Origin: Paramecium tetraurelia
Taxonomy: Eukaryota
Reading direction: 5' to 3'
NCBI GenBank assembly: GCA_000165425.1
Contig: CT868096.1
Span: forward strand, 62,001 to 126,000
Length of the DNA: 64,000 bases
A program made the translations under genes and the position numbers. The notes below the pieces were generated by a model that made no database searches, was not told the DNA's origin, and saw only the letters and a list, made by a program, of their open reading frames with translations. Shown piece after piece: positions 1 through 13,599 of this stretch. The first letter of the stretch is position 1; the number at the start of each line of letters is the position of its first letter.

Positions 1-895
1 GTCTTTTCTTTAGGTATGACTATGTTAGAATTGATGACACTCAAAAGTAGTTTTGATTGCTATTCCTTCGATTCTAATCCCCCTTAATTACACGATCAAA
101 CCATAGAAGAACGCTTGTAAGAATCAATTATGAATGGTTATTCTGAAGATTTAATCAGATTAACCAAAAACATGCTCCACAGAGATATGAATTATCGAAT
201 TGGAATCAGAGATGTTTTAGTACATAATTATATTATATTCATAGAATTCTAAAGAACTAAACCAAAATTAACATAATCAAAGCGATCATTTTTTTCCTTT
301 GAAACCAACAATAAATATGAATCCAAGATAATAGAATGTTATTTAGCAAGAGTAAAAGCCCTTAATATAACCTTCTATTCCAGCAATAGTAGAATAACAG
401 ATTCCTCCCTAAAATCATACTGCTTGCTTCAATCCTCATCTTCAATAAGATAGTATTTCCCATTTTCAACAATCATACTCTTTTAGAGAGAAAACAGATG
501 AAGAATTGCTTTTAAGAGAATAATAAATAAATAGATAATTAGAATAATAATTAAAATAACAGCAAATATTATTATAATAATAATATTAATAACAATAAAA
601 ATAATAGTAAATCATTGAAGAATAGTAAAGACAAATATTTTCACTTTAATAGCAAATTAAATAGATTGCAAATCAGCTAGAAGAAAGTCAAATAAAACCT
701 ACTGAAATATTAAGTTCTTAAAATTAACAAGACAATCTCAATTATCAAATCAACTTGCTCCCAACTCCTCCAATTACTTATGCAAGCCCAATTAAGCACA
801 CCTTAAATGACTTTACCGAAAATATTGAGATTCAGAACAGAGTGAACTAAGTCTTAGCTCAATCAAGATAAGCATTAAGTAGATATTAAAATTGA
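1..895 (+). CDS. Protein kinase, 3' part (5'-truncated by window edge) with low-complexity Q/N-rich tail
   Basis: Frame 1 reads VFSLGMTMLELMTL...DLIRLTKNMLHRDMNYRIGIRDVL (kinase subdomains IX-XI) in code 6; GT..AG intron at ~219-244; TGA at 893-895. Confidence 0.75.
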
Positions 896-2120
896 TTAAT
901 TATAAAATAATTGAACAAATTTACTAGTGTATGATTATGGGTAATAATCAAACTCTTATTCTTGAACATTCAACATCTCAAATTCTTAGGCTTAGATAGA
1001 ATAAGAAAAAGTTTAATATTTTCATACATACTAAATATTTTTATAAAAGTATGAACCTTATATTAATAATACACTAGTGAAAATAATTCATTTTATAAAA
1101 TTCATTAAAAATGATCTTAGAATCTAAAATTATTGCTATTCCCATAAGACTGCAATTAAATAAAAAAATTCCCTATTATTATTATCAAATAATTTTTGTT
1201 GAAGTAGTAGTTTCAAATACTATTATAAGTGGGTTAAGTATTATATTATCATTTAGATTTGAAATTTATTCATAAGTAGAAAAATATATAATTTTTCTAC
1301 ACTACTTGCTTACTTATTCAACTAATAGTTTTAATACATTATAAAATACATTTTATAGTACTGAAGATAATTATTCTGTATCCTATGAACAAGCAATAGC
1401 TATTTAATTCTTTGGAAAATTATCTCGATTAGTTATTAATCAGTTTTATATGGGAATATTTTTTATTTGATAATTGTTGTATTCACCCTACAATTGTCAT
1501 ATCATATCAGTATTTTTATTTTTGATAAACCCAAATGAATTGTGATAATAACAATACTCTATTCCTCTTAGTCCTATTTTATTGAAATGAATTTTTTATC
1601 ATATTATTTTTAATGCAACACTAATTAAGTTGTTATTTTTAATTTGAAAAAAGTAGAAACAAAATACTCACAATGCATTTAATAATTTGAACTTCTTCTT
1701 TTTTTATAGTAATTCGATAATAGATATGCATATAGATACCAGTTCTACATAATTTAGTAAATAAAAACACATATGTACAATTTTGAGTTTAAATGAAAGC
1801 ATTTTTATTGTATGATAAAATGTGAAGAAATTAATAAGAACTTTAAATATCATATGCAAACAAATTAAAACAGGTTAGATATCGAAAGCTAATTAAGATC
1901 GTAGACTAGGACAGTTAATATTATAAATTGAGATGAGTTGTTGATTAAGTAATAAGTACATTATTTTACATTATTTTATTAATAAATATTTTCGTATTAA
2001 TTTATTTTTGAAAAACGGAATTAGCAATTTAATAAATAATTAATTTCCTGGAAAAAAATTCGTTTTTCTAAAGTTTGTGGTTCAAATAGGGATTATTTTA
2101 ATAAAACAAAGTATTAATAA

Positions 2121-3251
2121 ATGAAATCTATAGTTCTTTTAGTGTTGGTCGCTACAGCATTTGCCACAAACTTGGCTGCTTTCGAAAAACTCGAATAATC
2201 CAAGCTCGGAAAGACATTGTTGAACACAATCGCTATCTAAATGCAAACAGGTGAGCCATTGGAAAGAATTTTCTCCACACTCTACGATTTGGAAGAGAGA
2301 TATCAAAATGACTAAAGAGAAGATGATGCCGAAAACAAGGCCTTCTAAGGAGTTTGTGATGCTGATCTTGCAGGTCTTAACCAAGAAATCGCTAACCTTG
2401 AATAAAGAGACACAGAATTATAAGCCAAACTCGACGAACTCCAACCAGTCCATGACTAAAAGGTCGGATAAAGAGTTGCCAAGTTGGCTGAAAAATAACT
2501 CCTCTAAAAGGTTATCGATGAAGCCTAAGCCAAGAGATAAGAATAAAACGACGAATTCGAAGCTTAAAGAGAAGAACTCTCATTCGTTTCAGGCGTTCTC
2601 GCTGAAGCCAGAAGACTCTTCACAGATAACTTATAAGCCCCAGCTTTCTTATAAAAGGGATAAAGTGAAGCCGTTCACTATACCCCATAAGTCTTTGCCT
2701 AAGTTGCCACTCACTTGAATGCTGCTGCTCACAAGGCTGGATAAATGAAACACATCAGAACTTTCGGAAAAGCCATCAAACTTATGGCTACATTGGCTGT
2801 CAAATCCTAATAATATGCCAACTAAGAATTAACCGGAAGAATCATCCAATTGATCGATGACTTATAAAACTAATTGAACTAAGCCTTCGATTTAGCCAGA
2901 AAGACTGAAGATTCCAGAAGATAAGCTTATGAAGCCTACAGTGCTCTCTTGAACAGAGACATGAACAAGCTTAACTCAGCAATTGCCAACTTAGAAGCTG
3001 AAATCTAATCATTGGCTGATTAACTTGCTGCCACTCACAGCTCATAAGATGACAACGCTGCCAGACTTGAAGCCAAGACCCAATAAAGAGATGACAGAAG
3101 AGCTGAATGCTAATAAGCTGCTTATGAATACTAATAAAGAAGAACCGCAAGAGATGGAGACAGATAAACTGTTTCTGACTTGATCGGACATTTGAACACC
3201 AACATGAGAGACTTGAAAGAATACATTGCCATAGAGAGTTGCTGCTGGTGA
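2121..3251 (+). CDS. Trichocyst matrix protein precursor, T2-family-like
   Basis: Intronless 376-aa ORF: signal peptide MKSIVLLVLVATAFA, then LGKTLLNTIAIQMQTGEPLERIFSTLYDLEERYQNDQREDDAEN and AEARRLFTDNL, matching my recollection of Paramecium T2 TMPs; GC-richer codon usage typical of a highly expressed gene. The true stop may be 3268-3270 (see findings). Confidence 0.9.
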
Positions 3252-3358
3252 TTAAAATTTAAGCTCATGATCTGATTGATTTATTCAAAAAATTTTAACC
3301 ATTTCACAAATTATAATTCTAACATATATATTTATTAGAATGTGTTTTTATCAAACAT

Positions 3359-4993
<1,635 letters not shown>

Positions 4994-5715
4994 TAATTAT
5001 TTATAATTATTAATGATTAACTTAAAACATAGAGGATAAGAAATCTTAGAATTTAATTAATATGTTTATATATATTGTGTAATTCAGATTAATATAATAT
5101 ATTGCTGTATGTTAGTTTATTTAATTTTTGAACATAAAATTTCTTTTGAGTATTCAATTAAATTTATAATTTAAGTTATACCTAGATACTTTTTCTAAAT
5201 CATTCCTATCATAATGTAGTGCTGAAAATGAAATCTATTTTTTGAATATGATTATCTTTGGTAAACTAGGCAAAATTATTAACTCACGCCATCTCAATCA
5301 TAGATTACGATATATCTAAGAACTTACTAAATATATATTGTCTTTTCAATAAATCTAAAGATGTTCCACAGTTAGTTTGAAAAAGGATTAATTTTCTGAG
5401 TTTTTTACAACTTTCAACTTTTTGGAGTGAAAACTTGTAAGCTTTTGATATAATATGAAATTGGTTTAAGTCAAATAAATTAATTAAAAAGTCACTTATC
5501 TTTAAGTACTTAATTTATATTAGTAAAAATTCTAATGGAATTTTGATTATCTATCCATCTTATTTAATAAAGATTAAAGCAGAAGAGGAATTCTAATAAT
5601 GAATAAAGAGTAACGCAATAATTGAATTGCCATTTATTTATTTAATTCTTAATTAGAGAATTTAGAATTTGTGTCTTTATAAATTTAATTATTCTAATTG
5701 AATAATTTTTATATA

Positions 5716-6248
5716 ATGTTAAACTAAGAGGTGATTAAATAAAATTGTAGTTTAATTCTTAAAGGAGAAACACAAGAGAAAGGGAATTTATACTTAGGTA
5801 AATATCTATTCTATTTTAGGAAATCTAAATTCAATCGAAGAAGAGAATCTAAAATCAAAGTCGATAAAAGCCGTAATCACTGCTGCAAGAGGGGTTAATA
5901 CAACAATCAAAAATGTAAATCATTATGTTATTGAAGCTGATGATGATGAAAATTTCTAAATAAGTAAAAATTCAAATAAACTATAGTTTAACACTTTTAA
6001 AAAGCAATCAAATTTATTGAATAGAATTTAAAATCAACAAATGTATTGGTTCATTGTTTTGCGGGAGTTTCTAGATCTGCAACAATAGTTTGTGCATATC
6101 TAATGAAAATTGAAAAGTGAAATTAATCATATATTCAAGAAAAGATAGTGATACCATACTAGAAAAAATGAAAGCAATACGTCATCAGGTGTATCCGAAT
6201 GAGGGATTTAGAAATTAACTTAAATTATTTGAGAAGAAAATATTGTGA
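5716..6248 (+). CDS. Dual-specificity protein phosphatase
   Basis: GNLYLGN, EADDDEN, catalytic VHCFAGVSRSAT, VYPNEGFRNQL; three tiny introns. Confidence 0.92.
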
Positions 6249-6422
6249 TAATCATACAATATTATATTCTTTAAGAAAGCTATTGAAATTATTTTAGCAT
6301 ATTCTTCATATTAGTTTAAGTAATGGTTCAAGGCTGTTTGATTTCGTATTTTATAAACATAATGAAGGAGTAATAGATATTGTTTTTAATTAGTTTTACA
6401 TTATTTTTTATAAGAATAAAGT

Positions 6423-7313
6423 ATGAATAAATATTATGAGTTTTCTAAATCTAAGGATGAATCAAGATTATCTATTGACTCTTAGGAACTACTTAGGTAA
6501 GTGGAAAATAAAATAAACTAAGAATAATCACCACCCTTTATCTCACCCTAAAAATACTAATAATTATAGAATGCTGATCACTTTGATTAAAAAGAGCAAT
6601 TCGATTATTTATCATTTAAGGAATAAGCAATTGTAAAGCGGTTGTTTAATTTGAGAGATGACTACAAACAATTCCTAAAAAACGTGTAATCTAATTAAGA
6701 ACAATTGATCTAATCTATTAGGGAGGTTATGAAAAAAGTTATAGAGAAAGGGAATCGGCATTTATAAGACCAAGAACAAGAATTAAGGTTACAATTGCAA
6801 GAAATTCAAAAAAATAAGGAGCTTATCAATTCATATTCTAACTGTCAAATTATATAATCACCTTTAAAATAAAAAAACCATTTCTTCTCAGAAATAACTA
6901 ATAAGATTTCTGAACTAAATAGTTAGATACTTGAATTTTTTGATCAAGATAACTCTATACAATCAAGTAGGTATTAGAAAAAACTAAATTTCTCAAATTA
7001 TAAAGAATTGAGTTCAAAAAAGAAGTAAAAGGGATCGCCTAGTCCATTCAAAGAGATTGATAGAATATTATAGTTGAAAACATCATCAAGCAAAACTTAA
7101 CTTTAAGGTAAAACCTCGCCTTAGGACCTAAATTAATTTATTGAAGTGCTTAAACTTAAAATTAATAATACCAAAAACTACAATTTCATATAGAGTAGAA
7201 CAAATATCTCAAGCAATTTTTTGTAAAGCAAATTAAATAGTAATTCAAAACGGATTTCAATTGAAGAATAGCTCTAATCTTAATACAAAACATTTTTTCA
7301 ATCTGTATTTTGA
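6423..7313 (+). CDS. Hypothetical coiled-coil protein
   Basis: ATG at 6423 is in frame with TGA at 7311-7313 under code 6; Q/E/K-rich helical composition. Confidence 0.7.
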
Positions 7314-7406
7314 AATTATAATTTTATACATACCATTAAAATAGACTTGCATAAACCTTCTTAATTTTGTTATAAATTAAAATAGAATGGTCCAAGTCTA
7401 ATAAGA

Positions 7407-7662
7407 ATGAGCAAGTGTGATTGCAACAGAATTGCTTGGTTTCATAACTAGAAGAGAAATCCTACAAGTTTCTACTTTCCACTTTAACAATATTATCAAT
7501 TCCAGTTTATTATTTTGTTTCAAGTATTAATATTCATAATCCAATATTAATTGTAAGTCCTCACAAGATGCAATCTATTATTGTTTTTCTGCTTGTAAAT
7601 TGAAAGATGATGAAAATACTAGCATTTTAATTGAAGTTGATACATAAGATTATTTAATTTGA
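7407..7662 (+). CDS. Possible small hypothetical protein
   Basis: MSKCDCNRIAWF... can be joined to ...DAIYYCFSACKLKDDENTSILIEVDTQDYLI* only through an assumed short intron near 7505. Confidence 0.3.
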
Positions 7663-7719
7663 TATCATCAAGTATTCTTAATGTAATATAGTTTATAAAA
7701 AAATTTCTGTATTCGCCAA

Positions 7720-10041
7720 ATGAGTCAATTCGAAACAAATTCTTAAACCTAAATTCCATTCCAAGAAAGAGGCAAACCTAATTCTAATCGTCAATTAGGA
7801 GTACCTAATTTCTCAAATGGTCAAAATCTAAAAACCTTTGATCAAAATGAGTAATTCCATTATATGTAACCTTAGGTTTATTCCGACAAGATAATCTCAA
7901 ACTAACAAGTAAGCTATTTTAAGGATCTAGTTATGGATAAAAATAGACTAGTCCTCAAGTTTTCCAATATCCACAATTCAGTTATCCAGCGATGGGATAA
8001 CAAACCATGAAAGAACAAGAGCATGAAGAATAGATACAAAGATTAATGAAAGAAAACGAAACATTAAGGTACGCTATATACAGTAATTAGATTTTAGTGG
8101 AGAACCTTGGAATAGGAAAACTAAAAGTTGAAAAACGATAAGTATAAAATTTTCGTATAGTAGTAATCAATTCAGTAATAGAGACAAGAGTATTAATTCA
8201 GAAATCCAAGGATTGCAGTATGATAAAATGAATATTTTAGGGATCAAATATAGCAATTAAAAACTGAAAATAAGAGATTAATGAATACTATTTAAGAAGA
8301 TCAATATTAGCTTTTAGATTTATAAAAATTAAAGAAGCAAGTAGAACTAAACAAAGGGCTTGAAAATGAGATATCCGATCTTGAATAACAGCTGTCAATA
8401 GCCAATAAACAACTCTAAGAACAAAAGCGATTAAATTCTTTTTCGGAAGGCGAGAAATAAACTTAAAAAGAAGCAATGGAAAAGCTGAAACAATAAGTCA
8501 AAGATTTAACCTAAAATAATGAGGGACAGAGTTCCAAGAATGAATCACTATTAAATGATAATAGAAAGATGAAATAAGCATTAGACATGATTAATAAGGA
8601 TTTGACAAATGAATAGGAATAAAACAAATTGCTAATCTAAAAAATCAATTAATTAAATTAGGGATCTAAAGATTAGATTAATAATCTATAAACAAATCTT
8701 ACCAATCTCAATTATTAGAATGAGCAATTAAAAAATTAAGTGGGCCTGCTCCAATAAAAAGAAAAAGAATTGTAAAATGCATAGAATTAAAATCTATAAA
8801 ATGAAGGGAAACTAAGACAGATGTAATAGTAAATTTCTGACTGTATATTATATTTAAATTTTAGAATAAAGATAAATTGAATAATTTACAATGACAGTAT
8901 AAGCAGGGAAGAATGAATATTCAAAACTAGCAACAAAATGTTAATCCTATGAACAAGATATCTGGAAAATGAAAGAGTAAATCAACTAATTAACTAACCA
9001 AAATCAAATGTTACAAAATAAGTGTTATCAACTTGAAAGAACTATTGATGATAGTTTATCAAAATCACAAATTTAATCTGCCGATTTGAAAGGAAGTCTT
9101 GAAAAATGGAAAAACTATGGGCTATAACTTGAATAAGAAATTAAGAAAAGAGAAATGGCTTTGGTACAATTAGAAAATCAATATGAACATATTCAGAGTC
9201 AATTAAAAGGTTCTCAAGATATTGAAGTTCAATTCAGAAATGAAAGAGTAGCTACAATATAAAAAATGAAAGAAATGCACGATGATCTACTTCTGTATGA
9301 AAAAAAATGTGACTAATTAGAGAGAGGTAAACATATTAATAATTTTAGAAATATAACTATTGCAAGAGTAAAATAAATGTAGCCAATAAAATCAAGATAA
9401 GTTAGAGCAAGACAAGTAATAGCTAAATTTTGAAGTGAAGAATTTGATGGAAGAATTACTCAGAACATAAAATTAAACTGATTTAAAATACAGAGATTTC
9501 GATAATTATTAAATGAAGCATGATTCTAGTAAAAATCTCAAAGATAGAGAATATTAGAATTTATAGTAATAACCTAATATGTTGTTCTAAGATAAAAATA
9601 ATTAATTTGGAAATGATTCACCTAGGAAGAAGGTATTTCTGTTGCATTACTTTTTAGGAACAATTATATCAGATGGAACCTAGATTGAGGAATTTAGAGA
9701 GTGATATTCCAAATCCCTAATTTAACTAAACTGTTAAACAACAATTTTAATGGAACTAAGAAGCACCTATCAATAATGGAAATTAGCTAGAATTTACTGA
9801 AAATAGCCAAATTTATTCAGGAATTAACCAACCTTATACTAATCATTCTGGATATTTGAGTCCTTAATAAAATAATTATGGCTTGCAACAAACCCAATAG
9901 CAAAAACCTACAGAAGTGTAAAATTCACCCTCTCCGGTTATTTAAAAACCAGAGCATAAACGTAATAATTCTTAGTAGCTCATTAAAAGTAAAAACTACG
10001 ATTTAAGGTTCTAAAATCAACCACAACAACAATAGTATTGA
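7720..10041 (+). CDS. Long coiled-coil protein with Q-rich termini
   Basis: MSQFETNS...; extended E/K/Q heptad-like stretches; about 7 tiny GT..AG introns; ends PQQQQY*. Confidence 0.75.
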
Positions 10042-10212
10042 AAAAATTATGATAGATTATTATTTATAAGAAATTTTAGTTTTTAATTTTTTTGAATATT
10101 CACTTATACGGCATTTAAAGATTGATTTTGAGAGAATCTGGAAACTGGCTCGGTCGACCTTGAAGATAATAATTTCAATTAAAATATTACTAAAGTAAAT
10201 AAATAAAATAAT

Positions 10213-11689
10213 ATGTTTAATTTATTGCTATTATTTTAAATTAGCTTTGGCTAAGAAATTATTCTAAGTAAAAAAACTTAAAAGAATGCCAATATTTCTG
10301 AAACAGTTTTAAGCTAAAGTTTGTTAAAATGCCCTTTAGAATTAGAAAATTAAGAATTTACGATTAATAATTCTAAGGTAATATGTGAATAATCGGATTT
10401 GCTTTACACCATGAAAATAAATTTGACGAAAGGGAATGAAAATTTTGAAATGTTTGTAAATTGAATCTTATGACGTAGATCGATTTAGTTAGTCCTTGGA
10501 GTTGGTATAAGTCTTCCGAATGCGAATTCTATGATTAGCCCTTGGTTAATTAAACAATATAGAAGAATAGTTGTTTTGACAAAAATTATATAAAGTCACA
10601 AAAACTTGAGCAAGAATCTTCAACAGAGAGTTAAATAATAGCACACAACTTCTCATTGAAAGGACTTTTGGTTGTATCTAATGTTTAGATAGATTCAAAA
10701 TAATTTGAATTACAAATGCTTTAAGTCGATAACATATTTGCCAAGAGAACCTATCTTTCAGACGGAGCAATTAGTTTGAGTCATTTTAAAGGTTCTGGAT
10801 AGTAAAATTTTATTTTGCAATATTCATCAAACAATAAATCGATATTATAATTCGATCTATACACTTAGAAATAAACATTTACTATACGAAATGATGTTCC
10901 ATTAAGGCCAAACTATCAATTATTTTGGATAAATAATTCTGACATAAATGCACCTCAATGGAAATTTAAAATAGATTAAATCTCTTTGTTGGATAAACCA
11001 CTTTCAGAGAAAGATCAATCCTATTATGCCATTTTAACATTGAATTCTTAATTTATATCACTTCCTCTAGGATTAAGCAATAAATTGATAGATGTATTGG
11101 CAAGTGTGAAAAATATCTCATGTGCATATGCAGATTCAGAACTATTTGTGATAGTATGTAAGAATATGAATCAAAGTCTAACCAAAACCTTAAGCGTTAC
11201 TTTGAACATATCTGACTTATAAATAAAACTAACTAACTTAGTGGAAAATTGCAAGAAGGACGAGGAGTAGAAGTATAAATGCTAATTGAAGATTAAATTA
11301 TCTTCCTCAAATACGATATTTTTGGGAGAACCCTTCTTTATTGATAAGAAAATTCTTCTCAATTATGAGACTGGATAGATTGGAGTTTACAAGGAAGTTT
11401 TAGATGAAAAATTTTAGAATAAAGATGCTTTGTCTTTTGAAAATTTAGGAATTTGGATTGTTATTTTAACTGTCATACTCGTTTTAATATTTTGTTTGAT
11501 GAATCTCAAGCATGCTCTAAAATGGTTCATGAGAGCAATTAAATACAGAAAAGTGATATTATTTATATATATTCGTTTTAGACTTAAAACTTTGATGATG
11601 AGTAATAGTTGAGAAGCAAGGAAATTGAGTTTAATGAGATGGAAAAAGCAGAATAAATGACTTAATCAATTGAGGAAAATAGTATTTGA
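10213..11689 (+). CDS. Membrane-anchored pepsin-like (A1) aspartic protease homolog, probably inactive
   Basis: Signal peptide MFNLLLLFQISFG; FEMFIDLVSPWSW, DGAISLS, QWKFKIDQI, AILTLNSQFISLP and IFLGEPFF..LLNYETGQIGV fall in A1 motif order; C-terminal TM helix IWIVILTVILVLIFCLM. Confidence 0.7.
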
Positions 11690-11734
11690 ATAGTTCAATG
11701 GTAATATTTGACATAAAATATATAAATTTTAATT

Positions 11735-13564
11735 ATGCCTAAAATATCATCAGACAAGAAGCTTTTCTTTAAGCTTTTGGGAAAAGAATTAAATGAGGAA
11801 GAATTGGAAGAGTTAGTTTTCAGATTCGGTATAGAAGTTGAAGAAAGAGAGGAGGAACCAGATCTTTTATATTTCGAAATTGCAGCCAATAGACCTGATT
11901 TGTTATGCATCGAAAATGTAGTGCATGCATTAAGAATATATATGGGATTGGAAAAAAAGAGAGTCTATACTTTTACTCCAGCAAAAGAAACAATATATGT
12001 TAAGGCAGCAGTAATAATATTATCAATGTTTCTTAGACACAATAAATTAGACCATTTGTTGTTGGAGCAATATTGAGAGATGTTACTCTAACAGAGGATA
12101 GTTTTAAATCCTTTTTGTCATTTCAAGATAAAATTCATCAAAATTATGCTAGAAAAAGAACTTTAGTTTCCATCGGAACTCATGATTTAGACAAAATAGA
12201 AGGACCTTTCTTTTACGATGCCAAAGCACCTTATGATATTGTATTCTAAGCACTCAAACAGACTGAACAGATGAATTGCATTGATTTGTTTAACAAATTA
12301 AGAGTAATTATAATCCTTATCTAAAATAGGAAGATTAATACTTAAAAGGGTATTTGAAGATAATTGAAAATTCTCCTGTGTATCCTGTCATTTATGATAA
12401 TTAAAAGAGGGTTTGCTCATTGCCACCAATTATTAATGGAGAGCATTCCAAAATGTCAGCAGAAACAAGAAATATATTAATTGAAGTCACAGCAATAGAT
12501 GAGTAAAGAGCTTTACACACTTTAAATTGTTTGATTAGTGGATTCGCTATTTACAATCAAAAATTAAATATTGAAAAAGTCAATATTGTTTATGAATTAA
12601 GTTAGAAACAAGTTGTTACACCTATTGTTGATGAAAGAACCTTAACAACCAATATTTAATATATTAATAAAATTTTGGGAATAAATATAAGTACTTAGAA
12701 TAATGATAATATTAGCAACTCAATAGGCATGTGATTTGTTGTTAACTATGGGAATAGATAGTGTAGCAAAAGATGAAAATATTTTGGATTGCTAAGTGCC
12801 CTTCTATAGAAGTGATATCCTTTAATAGTGCGACATTGCTGAAGAAATAGGAATTGCTTATGATTACAATAAAATAGAGTTTAAAGTACCTGAAACTGCA
12901 ACAACTGGATCAGAATATAGGTTAAATAAATTATCAGATATGGTGAGAGAAGAAGTTGCTCTATGTGGTTTTGTAGAATGTTTGAATTTCGTATTGATGT
13001 CAATTGATGAATAAACTAAGATGTTAAATAGACCAAATCTGTAAAATTATGTGTCTCTCAACAATTCTAAAACTCCATAATTTTAATCTGTGAGGTCAAC
13101 CCTCATTCCAGGAATATTGCACACTTTATAAGCAAATTCAGATAGCAAATTACCAATCAAGTTATTTGAGGTTTCAGATGTTTGTGTTAAAGGGTTGAAA
13201 TCAGAGAAGGATGGATTCTAAAAGGGAGAAGGATAGGTAGGAGCTCACAATTAAAGAAATTTAGTTGCCATCCATTCAAGCAGTAAGAAAACAGAGTTAG
13301 AGATCTTACATGGTTTGTTAGATTAATTAATGATAAAACTAAGAGTCAAAAAGACAGATTATCACTTGAAATAATCAAATGGTAAAATTTAGTTTGAATT
13401 TAGATCCTTTGTTCTTCCATTAATTGTAGGCCTAAATCATTTATAAAGATCAACCAATCGGAGGTTTGGGAGTAGTTCATCCAGAAGTACTAGAAAGATT
13501 TGATTGGAAATATCCTGTTACATTATTAGAAATGAACATTCAGGTGATTTTGAATGATTTCTGA
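11735..13564 (+). CDS. FARSB: Phenylalanyl-tRNA synthetase beta subunit (cytosolic)
   Basis: EIAANRPDLLCIE, QDKIHQNYARKRTLVSIGTHDLD, SLPPIINGEHSK, VPFYRSDILQQCDIAEEIGIAY, LPIKLFEVSDV, GVVHPEVL. Confidence 0.95.
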
Positions 13565-13599
13565 AATATTATGATAAATCCAATAAATTAGAAATAATA

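Noticed and set aside
2139..2718. Track ORFs 2139..2384(-) and 2251..2718(+)
   Set aside because: Antisense or off-frame shadows of the trichocyst matrix gene, which reads in another frame under code 6.
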